Shown: positions 11,018 through 25,964, counted from the stretch's first letter. The stretch: 64,000 nucleotides of DNA from Rhizodiscina lignyota (GCA_010015805.1 ML978122.1:1398453-1462452); one strand, 5' to 3'. Translations and numbers: made by a program. Notes: generated from the letters alone by a model not told the origin.

Positions 11018-14000
11018 TCATGCAAATACATAAATCATGCCCGCCCGATCAACCGAAATGACCATACCATATGGCACCTCGAGAAGTGCCACGTCCATGA
11101 CCATATCCAAGTGGCTCTTCAGCAGATTCTGCGTCTGCAAGCTCACAAGCGCCGATCGTCCCTGACCTTTACCAGCCTTCTTCGGCGTGGTCTGACCATC
11201 ACTCTGTCCACTTCTTGAGCTTGTCGCCACGCCTCCGCCCCCGACTTGATTAAGCTCCTCTTGCACGATTGTCAACTCCGGCGGCCGTTTAGTCTCAGTA
11301 TACGTCGGCTTGCCCTCGTCCAGCTCCATGCCACTAACAATACAGCTCGCCTCATAGTGAGCAGTGTCCCAGTATCTGACTTTCCAGTCTGGTCCTGCAG
11401 AAAGTAGAAAGAAGTATCGTGGATCTCCACCATGCTCGGGGACATGTGCACCGGCCACGAGCGCCCTTACGCCTCGATCCGTACCCGCACCGCTTCCACC
11501 AGGTGCTGGATCGATTGCTGTTGCGAACCGGCCTAGCATACCCCCGGCTTTCTCCTCGTCAATGTCTACAAGCCTGTACGCCTTGACATTCTCTTTGCCT
11601 GGCGGCGCAGCTCCGGTACGATACACCTCCTTGCACACAGCCTTCTCGAGATCCCAGACGGTGATTTCTCCTTGCCCAGTCCCGCCAGCAATACATATTC
11701 TGCCCTTCTTCGCACCATGCCGAACTGGAACAGAGGATATCCGATGGATTGGTGCGCCTCCTGGAAAGCCCCACGCTCTCAGTCTTAAATGGAACCGCAA
11801 ATCCCAGAGATCAAGGACTCCATGAGACGTCCCAAGGAGGAGCCAGTGATGTTTCCGGTCAACGCAGAATGTTGTTGGTGTACCATGATTTAATGGGTTT
11901 TGCAGGTCGTAAACAATGCTCATAGTACGAAGGTCAATTGCTAGTATATGTGAATCATTGGTCGCAAGTAGAAGGACCGAGCGCCCATCATCGGCCTTGA
12001 AATGTTCACTCCATACGGCAAATTGACCTGGGCGAAGCTGATATTCTCGGACCAGTTTGAGTCTGCTGTACCGGAGAGTGCCCCGATCGCCTTGATTTTC
12101 CTCGTAATGTACCTTAACGACATGGACAGAGCCATCAGATGCAGTACTGACAAATGAGTGAGTGTTTTCGACAAATGTAAGGCTTGTGACTTTGGCGTCG
12201 CCCCCATGCCGGTGTGTCTGGCGAGAACGATGCACAATATTGCGCTCGAATCGAGAGCTATCCCACACCTTCACCGTTCCGTCATCCGAGCCCGTGATGA
12301 AAAATGTATGATCTGGCGCAACAGCTATGCGATTGACGCTTGCAGTATGCTCTCCTAGCATAGCTACTAACGTCCCTTCGGGTCTCCAAGGGTCAAATGG
12401 CTGTTGCTGGCTTCCAACCCGTTTGATAGGCAGCCGTCGATTCAAAGGAGCAATCTGCGGTCCAAAGTCGATATACTCTGTCGGATAATTTTCGATATAC
12501 AGCGAGTCAAGAAGCTTTAGAATCGTTGGATCGCTTCCAGTGTAGGTGTGCGGTGGGTTGTATCGCTCAGAAGGTGGAAGCGTTTCCTTTTCCTTTGGAG
12601 TGAGCGCGAGTGGCGAGTTAGATCGCTTGCGAGTTCCGGCGTCTCGATTGGAGACACCGTCCATGCTTCCGATTGCATTGGCAGGCGAGGTACCAATTTC
12701 TGGAGCGGCCTTGTTGCCTGCTTCACCACGACCAAGTAAGCTGATAGCACTATTTCTGTGTCTCAGTTGATGGTTATGTTCTCCCAAGGATGACACTCGA
12801 TTTAGATTCCCTTGGGTAGCGTCATTATTCGCCTCCGATGGAGCTTCCTTTGGTGAATAACCTTGTACAGGTGACATTGGACCGACAGGCGAAGATGCTG
12901 TTGGAGATGTAATCGGTAATGGGGCTGAGCGGGGCGGTAGACCCTCTTGTTGAAGCACACGGTCGATGTGGGACCCTTTCCTGCGTACCAAAGCTTCATC
13001 AACACTGGTTGAGGCATCAAGCATAGCTTCAGCGATGGTGCGGGGTGTTTCAGAGCGTTGCCTCCGTGCTTCGACATTTTCCTTGAACAGCTCCTGATCG
13101 TTATCAAAAAGTACCGTTTGTGGAGTGATATTAAGATCTTTCAAATGTACCACACCAGAGAGCATCGAGGGCTTAGAATCGGGATCTTGTTGCCCACGCC
13201 GGTGCGCCGTGCGCCAGATGTATTCCCTCAATGCGAGCAATTTGAACTCGTCTTCCGCAGTCATTCCCGCATTGCGTAGTTTCGTCAGCCAACTCTCGTC
13301 CTCTTCATTCTTGGAAATCCTACTCATGGCCCTTGGACCAAGATCTCTTCTCGATAAAGTCGGGATGGTGTCATCAGCTCCAAACGTGAACGTCCGCTGC
13401 TGCTGGACCTGCTTCCAGAACAGACCGCGTTCGGCATTAATTGCCCAGAACGTCGCCATATCTAGGACTAGCCTAGGAAGTGGACGTTTTAAAGAATCGA
13501 GAATTCGTAGCTCCGAAAGATCTGTAGGCACTGATCTTAAGTAAACTTTGATCAATGGCAGTATGATGCTATGACGATCCGCAATTGAGAGATACTTCGT
13601 CCCAGATGAGATGAACTGTGCTGCAGCTTCTCTGATCCAGATGTTTGGGTGCATGGTGAAACGGCTGACCACGTCAACAAGCTCCCAGGTTCGCGATCTC
13701 TGGAACAATCCAAGTTCTGCAATGGCTGAGAAGGAACGCAGTACTCTTTCAACGACGAATTCTTCAGGGTCTGTAAGAGCTTGCACCATGAGAGGAAGGA
13801 TGAATTCCTCAAAGCTTGGACCGCCAACGTATGTTGCAACCCCGACGATCGTTTCGAAAAATGCACATTTGAGCATCCAGTCTTTGTCGTTGAGGTACGT
13901 ATTCAGGTGGCTTAGGACAACGTCGCTCGCTTTGGTGCTTCCGAAAAAGACACACAGCGACGCAACTGATCCTAAGAAAGCCCGACGCACGGCGGCATCA

Positions 14001-15768
14001 GGATCTTGCAGCAGCCTTTTCGTGACCTCTTCAAACTGTGCAACAAGATCCTTGCGTGCTACATCATAGAGATTTTGGTACATAGAATGGCTCAACGCAC
14101 CGTCCTCCGTTTCAGGATCCGTCGTTGGAAGTGAGCCATCCGCTCGTAATCCTTGTACGAGATCAAGATACCTTGAGGCTGTAGTTGCGAGACTGGCGAG
14201 GCAAGACGCGTACGTCATTCGAACGAGCGAACTTGGCTTCGCTTGGTGCCCAGGGGAGAATGGCTGAAGATGCTGGAGGATATATTCCGAGAAAACATGA
14301 GCATTGATAGGTGAGACGACTTTCACTAACGCAAGCTGGAATTGACGTTAGCAGGAGATAGTCGCAATGTGTAGAAGGTACGCACCACTTGAGTTAAAGT
14401 TCGGATGGCTGCGACCTTGACAATTTCCGATGGATCTCTGAGGAGGGTTATTAGATAAGGAACGACTCGATCAAGCTTTGCTTCATCTGTCAGACGCTCT
14501 GCAAATGCAAGCAAGAGCTCGCATGCATGAACACGCGCCGTTGCCCGTGCGGTGCTCCGTAAAGACGAAACCACCAACTGCAAGAAGATCAGCGTACCGT
14601 CATCGACGGTCCGACTTAAGGCTGTCGTGGCTTGATGTCGGTTGTTGGGGATATCCACTTGGAGAGGGAAAAGCCGTCGCGGTAACCGTTGCCAGTTCAA
14701 CGCAGAAGATCGCTCCTCACTGTTGTCATAGCCCAGGAAGTACGAGATCTTATCGAAGTCGAAATAGACACGATCGATACGATCGTCGGATTCTCCCATG
14801 TTGTGCTTTCCAGATGTAAGTGGTGCTCGACCTGAAGAGGGGTCTGTGATGAGGTACATGTACTGATGCAAAAAGCTGTAAAAATACTCTGGGAATGACT
14901 TCTGCCTCCAGAAGTTGAGATACTCCTCCGCCGAATAACGTTGCTCAGGATCCCGACTGATCATATGCATGACCATTTCTCGGATGTCATTGTCTTCAAT
15001 TTTGCTGAGTGTGGTGTGCGATGGGTCATATTCTTTATTTTTGTACCTGAACAACTGGCTCAACGAGAAGATTGGGGCTTCAAGGAAAAGCTCCGCGATG
15101 ACACAGCCGACGCTAAAGATGTCCATCGCCCAAGTCACGCCAAAGTCGGGGCTCTCGCCAGGTTCCAGGAAGCGTTCTGGGGCTAAGTAGCAAGTCCTAC
15201 GACCAGATGTGTCGAAGTAGAAGGAGAAGTCCGCTGGATTATCGAGGGGCAGGAACGTCGGCTTGAAAGATGACGAGAAGTCCGACAAATAGAGCCAGTT
15301 CCATGACGTTACGAGGCAGTTCTCCGTTTTGATATCCCCATGGAAGATATTTCTCGCGTGGCAATCTCTTACCGCACATAGAAGCTGGAATGAGAGCCAT
15401 CTCTTCTCAATGTCTTCCAGGAACGGCCGAGTGCTCATACGATCATAGAGGGAGCTATGGATGTACTGTCGCACAAGATATCCATTTGTGCTAGTTTCCA
15501 GGATCCGATGATATCCCAAGGCATTCGGAATATCATTCAATATTCTTCGCTCTTCTTGAAGTGCCAGGATGTATTTGTCGAGTTTCAGACTCTGATAGGG
15601 CTTCATGACAACTTTCGCCACGACCAGGCCATCCTTGTGCCGCGCGCGAATGGACTTCATGAAGCGTGCATTCCCAAGTGACTTCTCATATGAAAGGTCT
15701 GAGAGCTCAGGAACGTCTATTCCAGCGGAGCCCGCTGACAGGGTGGTGAGAGAGTAGCCTTGGCCCAT
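11018..15768 (-). CDS. VPS15: Phosphoinositide 3-kinase regulatory subunit Vps15 (kinase + HEAT + WD40)
   Basis: MGQGYS myristoylation start, HGDIKTEN kinase motif, DNPADFSFYFDTSGRRTCYLAPERF, HEAT repeats and C-terminal WD40 repeats. One intron at about 14335-14385. Confidence 0.97.
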
Positions 15769-16269
15769 GATGACGGTTGTGCTCAGACTTGTGTTACCAA
15801 GGGTTGAAGAAAGAGTGTTTTGTGGTTTGTGCTACCCGCATCTTGCAAAGTACACCCTCAAGCCTCCGGTAAGATTTGTGCTCAGAGAAATGCCAAGAGG
15901 ATGGTGATCTTTGATGGTCTCGCCGTTGAAGTCACGCTCTCTCGATGCCTACAGCGGCGTTTGCCGCACGGTAGACAGGGTATAATCTCGACTGGGGCGC
16001 TTAACGCGGTTAACTTCCCCTTGTTCACATTTGAATTGGAGAGACTACCGCGCGTGATCGACTTAATTTTAATAAAAGTTCTCATACGAGAAAGCCGTTG
16101 TGTAACCACGCGTTCGGTGGTGCTGAAGCCTCCGCAGCAAGCGCCGGAGCTTTCCGATAGCCATTTTTGGCGCTAAACGCGCGTGAAACGAACGCGTCTT
16201 CCGCACGCGCAACGTCACTTCTTTGCAATTATTCAAGCGTTTTGTACTCTTCTTCGCAACAACCACGAT

Positions 16270-17759
16270 ATGGCATCCAAGAAGAACATAGTTTTCTTCC
16301 ACCCTGATTTGGGTATTGGTGGTGCCGAGCGCTTAATCATAGATGCTGCAGTTGGCCTCCAGCAGCTGGGTCACAAAGTCACCATTTTCACATCCCATTG
16401 CGATCCGACCCACTGCTTCGATGAAGCGCGCGATGGTACGGCCTCCCCCTTGTTTTCCAAGCGACTGGCGCATCTTGCTAAGAAGATCTCCTGGCTTACA
16501 GGCTGAAAAGGGACTCTCGACGTTCGAGTTCGCGGCAACACTGTCATACCTTCGACCTTTTTAGGCCGGTTCTGGATACTGTGCGCCATCCTGCGGCAAT
16601 TACACCTCATATTTCAAATAACGATCCTATCCTCTGAGCTCGAGCAGCTAAATCCCGATGTCTTCTTCCTCGATCAGCTAAGCGCTGGCATTCCCGTCCT
16701 GCGTCTCCTTAAAACGAACGTTCGAGTGCTATTCTACTGCCACTTCCCTGACAAATTGCTGGCCAAGAAGGGAGGCTTTCTCAAACAGCTATACAGATGG
16801 CCATTCGACTGGCTAGAAAGTTGGAGTACAGGATGTAGCGATTCAATCGTCGTGAATAGCAAATTCACGAGGGGTATTTTTAAAGACACGTTCCCACAGC
16901 TCGGAGACAGGGTGCCTGGAGTAGTATATCCAAGCGTTGATACTTCTAATGTCAAAGAGAGGGCATCTGAACCTCTGTGGAAAGGCAAGAAAGCTATTCT
17001 CAGCATCAATCGCTTCGAGCGGAAGAAAGACGTTGGTCTTGCTATTCGGGCGTTCGCGGGACTGTCAGAAGACGAGCGTAGCCAGTCCAGGCTCGTCATA
17101 GCAGGTAGGAGAGATTGTTTCTTCACTTCCCACAGCTGCGGCTAACGTACGATGGATCACCAGGTGGATACGATCCTCGCAACGCTGAAAACATCTCGTA
17201 TCATAGCGAGCTGGAATCTCTGGCAGAGTCCTTGAAGCTTTCTCACGCAACTGTACGGACTGCGCCGACTGCCCTTGCTGTGCCCGCAAACATTGCAGTA
17301 ATGTTCTTACTCTCCGTTCCGTCTGCCTTCAAAGACACTCTCCTGTCAGCAGCAGACCTTCTCGTGTATACACCGCGTAATGAGCATTTCGGCATCGTTC
17401 CACTGGAAGCGATGTTGGCTGAAACCCCTGTTCTCGCTGCCAATGAAGGTGGGCCTGTGGAGACGGTCGTAGACGGTGTGACCGGATGGCTGAGGGACGT
17501 GAACGATGTCGAAGCGTGGACGAAGGTCATGAGGCATGTTTTGCTGAATGGGTCGGGGACGATGGGCAGAGAAGGGAGGAAGCGAGCTCAAGGGACGTTC
17601 TCGAAGGGGCAGATGGCGATGACTATCGACGCTGAGATAGCAGGTCTTATGAAGATGACAAGACGTCCGCTAGTTTCGCAGTTGACCTTGGCTCTCGCCT
17701 TGAGTTCTCTCATTGTCGCGATAGTTGCATTTGCAATTGGTCTATACAGATTCCTATAG
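16270..17759 (+). CDS. ALG2: Alpha-1,3/1,6-mannosyltransferase Alg2
   Basis: FFHPDLGIGGAERL, FYCHFPDKLL, LSINRFERKK and YTPRNEHFGIVPLEAM (GT4 EX7E) motifs, plus a C-terminal TM segment. Two introns. Confidence 0.96.
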
Positions 17760-20407
17760 AATTTTGAGCAGCCGTGTTGTTGCGGATAGAGAACTCCATC
17801 AGTGCAGACAGAACAGCGTGGCGCGTTTTTCCCTTGCATTTGAAGAACGCAAGAGTTTGGCGGAAACATTCTCAGCACATAGTGCGCTTGTCTGCGAAAA
17901 AGGCGATTTCCACATCCATAACAAGCTCGGCGCGTTGTGTCGCAGCTGGTGAGGACGCAAATTCCCCAGCTGCGCCCGCCGACGGACGATGCGCTCGAGG
18001 GTACACGGAGTCCACTCACGCAACTTGCGCCGACTTCAGCGAATCTCCAGGCGTCGCCAAAGCTGTGAGTCCAACATAAGGCATACTTCTGAGAGGATGT
18101 CTAACGCAATTTAGTTGGCACGCCGCATGATCGCGCTCAAAGAGGCCTTGCGTACCCAATACATGGATACCGAAATGCACCATCGCAGATACACCCACTT
18201 CTGATGCTTGTTGCGCGCAGTTCTGTTCGATGCTGTGCGAATCTGAGCGGCGATGTACGACTGACAGGAGGGCGAATTCGTTGAACTGACTGCGCAGTTC
18301 ACCGGACGCATTACGGCGCCAGAATGCCTGTAGCAGGGCGATGGAAACTGCCAGCGCATCGCACGCTTCTTCGAAGAGGCCAAAGAGAACGCATACTGGT
18401 TGCCACGTCCGGACAGCTGATTTGAGAGGCACAGGTCAAAACCAAACTCCCTGGAAGCGAATGAACGATACGCGCTATCTTGGATTAAAGTCACCCAACC
18501 AACCATCACCGCCTCACAAATTGGCAGTCTGGATCAGCATTCCGGTGAACTGTTCGAGAGGAGTGGGATCGTCCTGAAGCGAAAGACAGCTCGGCCTCCC
18601 GCTGTTGCAAAGTCTTCTGTATGCACCGGTCAAACATTGGCCGACATTTTCCAGACCCGACAACATGGAAAATGAAGAATCTCGGTCAAGCACCGGTAGA
18701 CGCCAGGAGTGTGATATATGCAACCTCTCTTTACACCCATTCAATCCACCGTCGACTCCGCTGACGGCGACCATCGCTTCGAAAGGGCAAGTTAAACCGT
18801 AATTGTCAAACAGACGAGAGTTCGACGTTCGTATCGCGCATTGATGGGGACTAGATGAGCGCATCGATCACCAATATATCAAGGCATCCCCGCCTCCAGA
18901 TCAGCCATCACAGCGCTTATGAGGCCATTAGGGACTTCCGGAAGACTTCGAAGGCGTCATTTTAGTCCTTGCCCCTGTGATCTGAGCACGTCGTCACGCT
19001 ATTAACGCCCAATCATTCACGCGACACCCGCGTTCGCTGTTGGTCGTGTGAAACTCGGAAGCTCAAAATGAGGCCACTGGCCGTATCCTCGTGCAGTAGT
19101 AATTTTCCGCTCCGCTGGGACCGAGAGTGAGCAGTGAGCGCAGCAGCTCTCGCGCGGAAAGCCTTTTCCAGCCCTCCGAAGTCGCAAATTCAATTTGTGA
19201 TGTTGGCCAATTTCTTCCTGCAGTGCTGAAATGGTGGCCCAAAATGCGACCGCTTATGGACCAATGAGGAATAACCACTGTCAGCATTTTCCTAGCCCCC
19301 CCGTTTCCGAGCGCTTAAGGCGAAACATGGCTGGAGCAAAGGCCGTAGGAATCGCTACTAGAAGCCGCACGTTCCAATGGTTCGCACGTCTCACGCAATC
19401 CCTCCTTTCGCGAAGAAGGCAACGCGCCACAAAGGGAGGATGCATCAGGCCCAGCATCCTTCTGCAGGTTCGACCACATCGGCCTTGGTTCCTGTCAGAC
19501 CATCAATCGAGAAAGGTAAAGAGCAGGCAAACTGCGACGAAAGCTGCAGGATGAAAACTCCGTCTTCGAGTTTCGAGAAGGCTGACGGCTTGAGAGGCGT
19601 TTGACAAGTGCCCATGATCCGCAAGGTTCTGCACAACCCCTGTCACCCCATCCTGACGGGAAAGCCACTGGGAGGGTCCAAATCCTCTGGAAATTTAGGT
19701 TCCTTTGAACTGGGACCTGCCTGCGGAAAGCGACAAAAGTTCAGCCCACAACGTGGTATTCGGCAAATATGAGATGCTCTCATTCAGTCTAGTGCCATCC
19801 GTACCATAACAGAGGTGACGATCATGCATTACAGCTGTAGCCCACATTGCAGTAGCGGCAGCAGATCAGACTCCGCTGCCCGATCATGGAGGGGCCGTTA
19901 GGCAGCGAGTGACGGATGGTCGATAGGGGCGTTTTTGGAGTGAAAGTGGGAGACGGAGGCTTTGGACTGGACGTTTTGATAGGAAAAGCAAGATGAAGAC
20001 TCATTTGTCAGATTAGGCTGATATCTCAGAGTCGACATCTGTCGAATAGCACTACGACTGCTGAATGTCATTGATCAAAATGCCCCGGCGCAAACGGCCA
20101 TTCGCGTCGCCCCTGCATCAAGGGCCGTATTGAAACATAATAAACCCGCCGAACGCGCCGGTGACATGAATGAAAACAAGCCGAAGCTCGAGGATCGCAG
20201 AAACCCGCCGATGGAGAAGCTGCCAGTGTATTCACCGATGCAGAATATCGAATGCTGCTGGAAATGCTGTACAAATCGCCACCCATTTGACATTATGTCG
20301 TAGTCTTTTTCATCTCGAAAACAAAGGATGATCTTGAATACACTCCTTGTATGCTTGACTATAATCCAGCTGAAATTGTGTTCGAACACATGGAACCGAT
20401 GCAGAGA

Positions 20408-21634
20408 TTACGAATCCGAGGGTGGGCTGTCGGCGATGGAAACGGTATCGCTGCCTTCCGTCTTGACCTTTAAATGACGGATGCCAGAACGCATGGAACA
20501 ACCGTCGAGCTGATGTCTGCTTAGGCAGTCAGAAGTGGTCGATATTCACTGTGCTCTCTGTGGGAACTCACCTTCGGCAGGTATCTTTCCGCTTGAATCT
20601 CGCACCGCAGAGGGCGCAGGAAAAGGGTTTTTGAGCGACATGTTTCTGTTACCCCGTCAGTGGCAGTATTCTGAACAATAGGATGGATAGGAGGTACTCA
20701 CGCTCTTGTGGTGTCTGTCCATGTCGGCCCTCCTTGCAAATCTCTTGGGACACCGGAGACACTTATGCGGCTTCTCGCGCTTTGGGTCGTGTGTCAATAG
20801 ATGAGCCTTGAGGTTCCAACCGCGTTGGAAGAGTTGCCCACACAGATTGCAATGCACTCTGGCATTGTCTTTCGTCGTTCGACAGCGCTTCTTTCGACTC
20901 GTTTCCTCTGGCAGGATCGTCTCCTCCTCCACATCCGGAATACTGGAGCTGTACTCTCTGGCTGTCGAATTTGCGATTGAGTAATTCTCCGGGATATTAG
21001 AGCCGAGGACTGGTGCTGGGGTGGAGTTTACTGATGAGAACAACGGAGATGTAACGCTTGAAACGGTTTGGATGGGCGAAACGGTCATAGAGGTGTGGAG
21101 GAAGAGTTCAGGATATGGTGACATATTTCCGTCCCCTCTGCATTCCATGCTTGAAGAGAGATGTAGTTGAGCCATTTGAGTCGTGAGCGGAGGACCATAG
21201 TTCCCAGTGCTATAAGAATGAGAATCGTAGACCGAAGAGATTGACGTGCGTGTAGAATGGCCATGGCTTATTGTTGTGGGCGACACAAATGCACTGCTAG
21301 TCTCTGCTGATGTTGGAAAGTTCGCGGATTCTGCCCAAAGGTTGGATGGTGGTAGACCGTCGATGAAAGACGGCATCTCATTCCATTCAAGAACGTTGTC
21401 GATTCTCAGATGCAAAGGCGACTCAACGGGAGATGAGGTCACCCAAGAATGCTCCATCGAAGGTGAGAGCGATGCCAGAGACGAGTAGGCTGAATGTGCG
21501 CTGCAGTTGAGCAGACCCAGTCCAACTGGTCCATCGCAGACAGTGATCGACTCCAAATCCACGCCGCACTCCCTGGGATGCACCAGATAGTTTTCGCCAG
21601 GTGGAGGAGTTTCGACGCTCATCGGAGAGGCCAT
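20408..21634 (-). CDS. C2H2 zinc-finger transcription factor (3 fingers, 3 exons)
   Basis: CNLCGQLFQRGWNLKAHLLTH and CLRCPKRFARRADMDRHHKS-H; spliced exons give CALCGARFKRKDTCRRHQLDGC. Ser/Pro-rich N-terminus from ATG 21634, stop at 20408. Confidence 0.85.
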
Positions 21635-22490
21635 GATGAATATGTCGAGACACGTTTGAGAATTGCAGAGCTCGTGGGGCCGCAGAAGAAGGCAGGACAA
21701 GTACAACAAACGAAGGAAAATGAGGCACAGGAGTATGGATATATCAACCAGTGTAACAAACCGATGTAGCAACAGAATTTAATGCGGCTTGCGGCCTCAG
21801 TCCGGGTGAGGTGTGGTATTCGGCACGTTCTGATGGAGGCACCAGGAGTGTTGGGGCTTGAAGGTGGAGACAACGGGAGGCGGAAAAAGAGTTACGTTTG
21901 GACCAGTGCTCGCGTACCTAGTGATTTCGAAACGGGTGTGGCTGCAAGTATGAGCCAAGGCAGAATTTAGTGCTGGGGTACAAAATGTGGTTTGGAGAAC
22001 TTGTATTCGTGACAGTCCGCGGCAAGCGCTAAATGGGTGCAAGAGTGGGTTCCCAGGCCAGGCAGAACATCCAGCCTTGGGTCAAAATAGTTGACCATCT
22101 GCCTTGAAAGACGCTCTTGGCGACTTATTCGGCGCTCTTGAGTGAACCATCCGCTCGGGAATGCGCAACGAGTAACCGCGCCTCTCCACACCCGACTTTT
22201 ATCCGCCTCAAGAACATGGTTCGTGATCCTTTGATTTTCCTTCTTGCAAGGTAGTGTTGAGTATGGCGGTAGCCAAAAACCGCGCTCAAGGAGACGATTC
22301 GATGATCTCCTGCACGTGCTCATTCCAAAAGTAAAATACGCGCAAATGAGCCAAATCACACCGACCTTTTCTCACGCGGGTGGCCGATGCGTGATGCAAG
22401 TCATAGCTTCCTCAGCATCTGCAGGCATCTGTCGTCGGGGAACAAGCCGCGGACTTTTCAGAGCGCTTACAATTGCCCAGTGCACCGTGG

Positions 22491-25400
22491 CTATTGCGTC
22501 TCATCCTCATCAAACTGTGGCTGTTCGAACTTTCCCTGTTCAGCCACAACAGCTGTCAATTGTTCGACCTGTGCACTTAGCTTGAGAACCAGCGATCTCA
22601 AGTCATCAGAACTCTTGAAAATATTTTGCGCATCGCCATGCCCATTATTTGGCTCAGGCACAGAACGTCTGCGCATGCGTGTGTTTCCATCCAACGACGC
22701 TTGGACTAGAGTCGCCGCTGTCAGAGGCCTCGGTGAATTGAGGGACGACTTTAGGGTTTGACGCTTCAAAGATGCCGAGGACTCGGGCCGGCCCATTGCG
22801 GAGATCCAGGTTGGCCGTGCATAAGGAGTGCTCCTGCGTAGGTATTCAGACCCAGCCTCATACATCCAAATCGAAACCACGTATGGAAAGTGCGTGACTC
22901 GCAACAGCACTATCCTTGCACTTCTTAATTGCTCCGAGGAGACGAACAGACGCAAGGGCCGAAAGAAAAGCGGGATGAGGTTCTGCGGCACAAATGGTAA
23001 GTATCTCCAAGGTAGAGTAGCCGTGGCATGCGCCGCAGTGCGAAAGCGAGTTAGGGGACGAATGAATCAGGCGAAATTATTACTCCGCCACGGACATGCA
23101 GTGCATCGATGGCTAGCCAAAAGGTTGAACCTGTCAGGACGACGTTGACCAGCATCGAAAACTCCATATGCTCGGAGAATTCGACTTTCGCGGCACTTTT
23201 GCAGGCTCCGAGCTTTTGTGGCTTAGTGCTTGCGGGGGTGTGGGCGCTTAACGAGCGGGCGCTAACGAGGAACGCAACTCACCAAAGGCGGAAAATAATA
23301 TGTTAATCTGTTGGAGGTTGACGCCTCAAGAACATAGACAGAGTAGCTGTAACACATACGTAAATTAGAAAGGACTTCGGCAAAGGCTCGTCACAGTCGC
23401 CTGGACTTACACGAAGAGATATTCGTCACGTGCGTGGTCGAGGATCTGCGATGTGCTCGCATCCAAACGCGCACCGGTCAGCCAATCGCTTGAAGCATGC
23501 AGGGGAAGCCAGAGAGAAACCACAGTGGGCCGCAGTAGGAGGCGCACCTTGGTCAGGCTATTACTTAGCAGAGAAATCAAACTCGTGATTAACAGAATAT
23601 TCGTCAAGCAGACAAAAACGAGCTTGGTCCAGATTAGCCGGCCCTGCGAAACTGTATGCAGGCAGCGCGCCACTTCACGCCAAAGGGGCTCACCATCACT
23701 GGCGGCCCGAGATATGGGCTTCTACAAGGATTGTCAGTGCATTACCATCCTATCAAGATATAAGTTCGAGCATGATCTCTTACATTTCCTGAGCAACATC
23801 CTGATGCGAAATTGTCAGTCACATCAAACCGGTCTTGGAATGGGCCGTCACACTCACGAAGCCGAGATATGATGACCTGTGCGCGATCAGCATGAACTGC
23901 AGAAGTAGGCAACGAACCATACCCGAAGAACACTTTGACCAATATCCACGACATCTCGCGCAGCGTGAAGTGGCCTCGTGCCAGTAGCGTGAAAGTGGTC
24001 AAGAATCCTGCAGATGGGCCAATCAGTTACTGCGGCCGAAATCGGCATTGCCACATGGTGGGCGGCGCGCGCATTTAGGGGGCTGTGTCTGCGACGTACC
24101 TATGTAAAGCACAAGGACCAGGCTGAGAAACTTGACGAAGTCCTTTGTCTATGTGGAGAGTAGCCTTGTTAGTCTTCTGCAGGTCAACGCTTTGGGAGTC
24201 CGCGCACCATTTCTTTCAGACACGGTAGCTGTCGCCATGAGAGTTAGCGAAGGATGGAGCAGGGCGGGACCATGGTCATTCGAGGCCACGACTCACCAGG
24301 GTGCCGAAGTAAGGGTTAAGGCTAAGAAGTGAGCAGATACTGTCTAGTCGGTTAGCGGACAGTAGTCAAGACGGCCATCTGTGACTGCCGCAACAGTATC
24401 ACGCACCGCGGCACGAGGAAAAGCGCCTCCAATGCCAGTATGTCGAAAGATGTGTCGATGATCCGGTCGTTTTCGTCCACAAGACCGACAATCCCTGCAG
24501 CACATTAGAAATGAAATGTAGATAATGAACAATGAAATGAAAATGGGCCTTCAGCGGCACAGTCTGGTCTATAAATCGGCCGCATCAGCGTGCCGTGCCG
24601 CTTCGGCGAGATTCCAGATGCACCTCCAGCGCGAAAATTGTGGACATTGGGTCGTACTTGTGATGAAGAATGCAATTCCGCAAGCAACAATCGTGAGGTC
24701 CCAAAGACTCCAGAAATCGGCCGCATAGAACGCCTGTCCAGCGTCTCGATACTCGGCAACTGAAACTCGGTAAGCTCTGCAAACTCCATTGAATCCTGAT
24801 TGGGCCTTTACACTCATTGTATGCGAAGCTAGTAATCCAGACGTAAAGCAGAATTTCGGCCGGCGTCAAGGCATGGAACCGCTTCTGGACCAGCACGACA
24901 TAGTACAGCGCGAGGAACGAAGCAAAGAAGAGGACCTCGAAGGCCTTCATGTATCGCGGCACTCTTAGCCTCGAGTAAAGATCGGCATGGCTTGATACAT
25001 GATTAGTATAATGATAGTGGTGAAGAGCATGGACAGGAGGTGGACAACACTGGGGCCACGTACTTCTTGTTGTAAACTTTCGCCTCTTTGATGGAGTGGA
25101 TACTCAGCGTCTCCCAAAAGATGATGTCACCTCTCCAGATCGAGTCAATGAGTCTTTGTACGACGCGTTGGCTCAAAAATTTCTTAGCGCCTGACACTGC
25201 TGCAACCTCGAGAGCATTCAGATTCTCAAACGACGATACGAACTCGTCCCTCTCGCTCGCGTTGGTCCTGGTAGTGCCGAAAGTAGACGTTCCGAAGAAA
25301 TTAGAGCCTCTGGAAACTCTTGGTGTTTGCAATTCTCCAGAGGGACGAATCACTAGAGGGGTTCTTTCGTCGGCGTCACGCCCAACCACCCCTGGGTTTA

Positions 25401-25964
25401 CGGTGGCCCCTGGCACAGCAGCTTCAGCATCGCGTCTCCGTTCAGGCTCGCAAGTCCAAGCCGGTAGCTCATATAGAAGATAGTCGATGCATTCGTTCTG
25501 CGATAGATGGGTAACGAAGCGCCATGCCACAATTTCGCATGCAAAACCTCGAGTCTCGTTAACACCTCGGTCGTCGTCGGATTCAATGGCAATAAAATGG
25601 CCACGTAGGGCTCTTTATACAATCAGTTTCAGTTCTTTACAATAGGCCCAAAACACTTACAGCAGAGCATGGACAATAATCCGGTTATGACATTCTTCTG
25701 AAAGACTCTTGATGAGAGGCGTGAGTGCATGCCCATGGGGAATGGTGCGAAGGTCGTCGAAACTATGCGGCACTTGAATTGCCTCGATGAAGTAACTACA
25801 AGGAAATTAATACGCATTCCCTATGTATAGTTGCAGGAAAGATCGTACGGCGCCAGTTTTCTGATCACCTCGGCGAGCGGCTCGTCGTCGTCTATCAGAG
25901 GCGGCTCTGGGGTAGCCTCTACCCAGCTTACTGGCGCCACCGTGCCAGTGTCTGGCCTCGACAT
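22491..25964 (-). CDS. YVC1: Vacuolar TRP-like cation/calcium channel Yvc1 (many exons)
   Basis: LNALEVAAVSGAKKFLSQRVVQRLIDSIWRGDIIFW, RLRVPRY, DFWSLWD, SFDILALEALFLVPR and LLITSLISLLSNSL are Yvc1-family landmarks. Confidence 0.9.

Noticed and set aside
17760..20400. Many short overlapping ORFs between ALG2 and the zinc-finger gene
   Set aside because: No recognisable motifs or coherent exon chain; treated as intergenic/UTR.
24495..24657. Long YVC1 intron with an internal branch-point/AG (possible alternative 3' splice site at 24569)
   Set aside because: Use of this site would add 74 nt and frameshift. Such cryptic signals are common and cannot be supported without RNA data.
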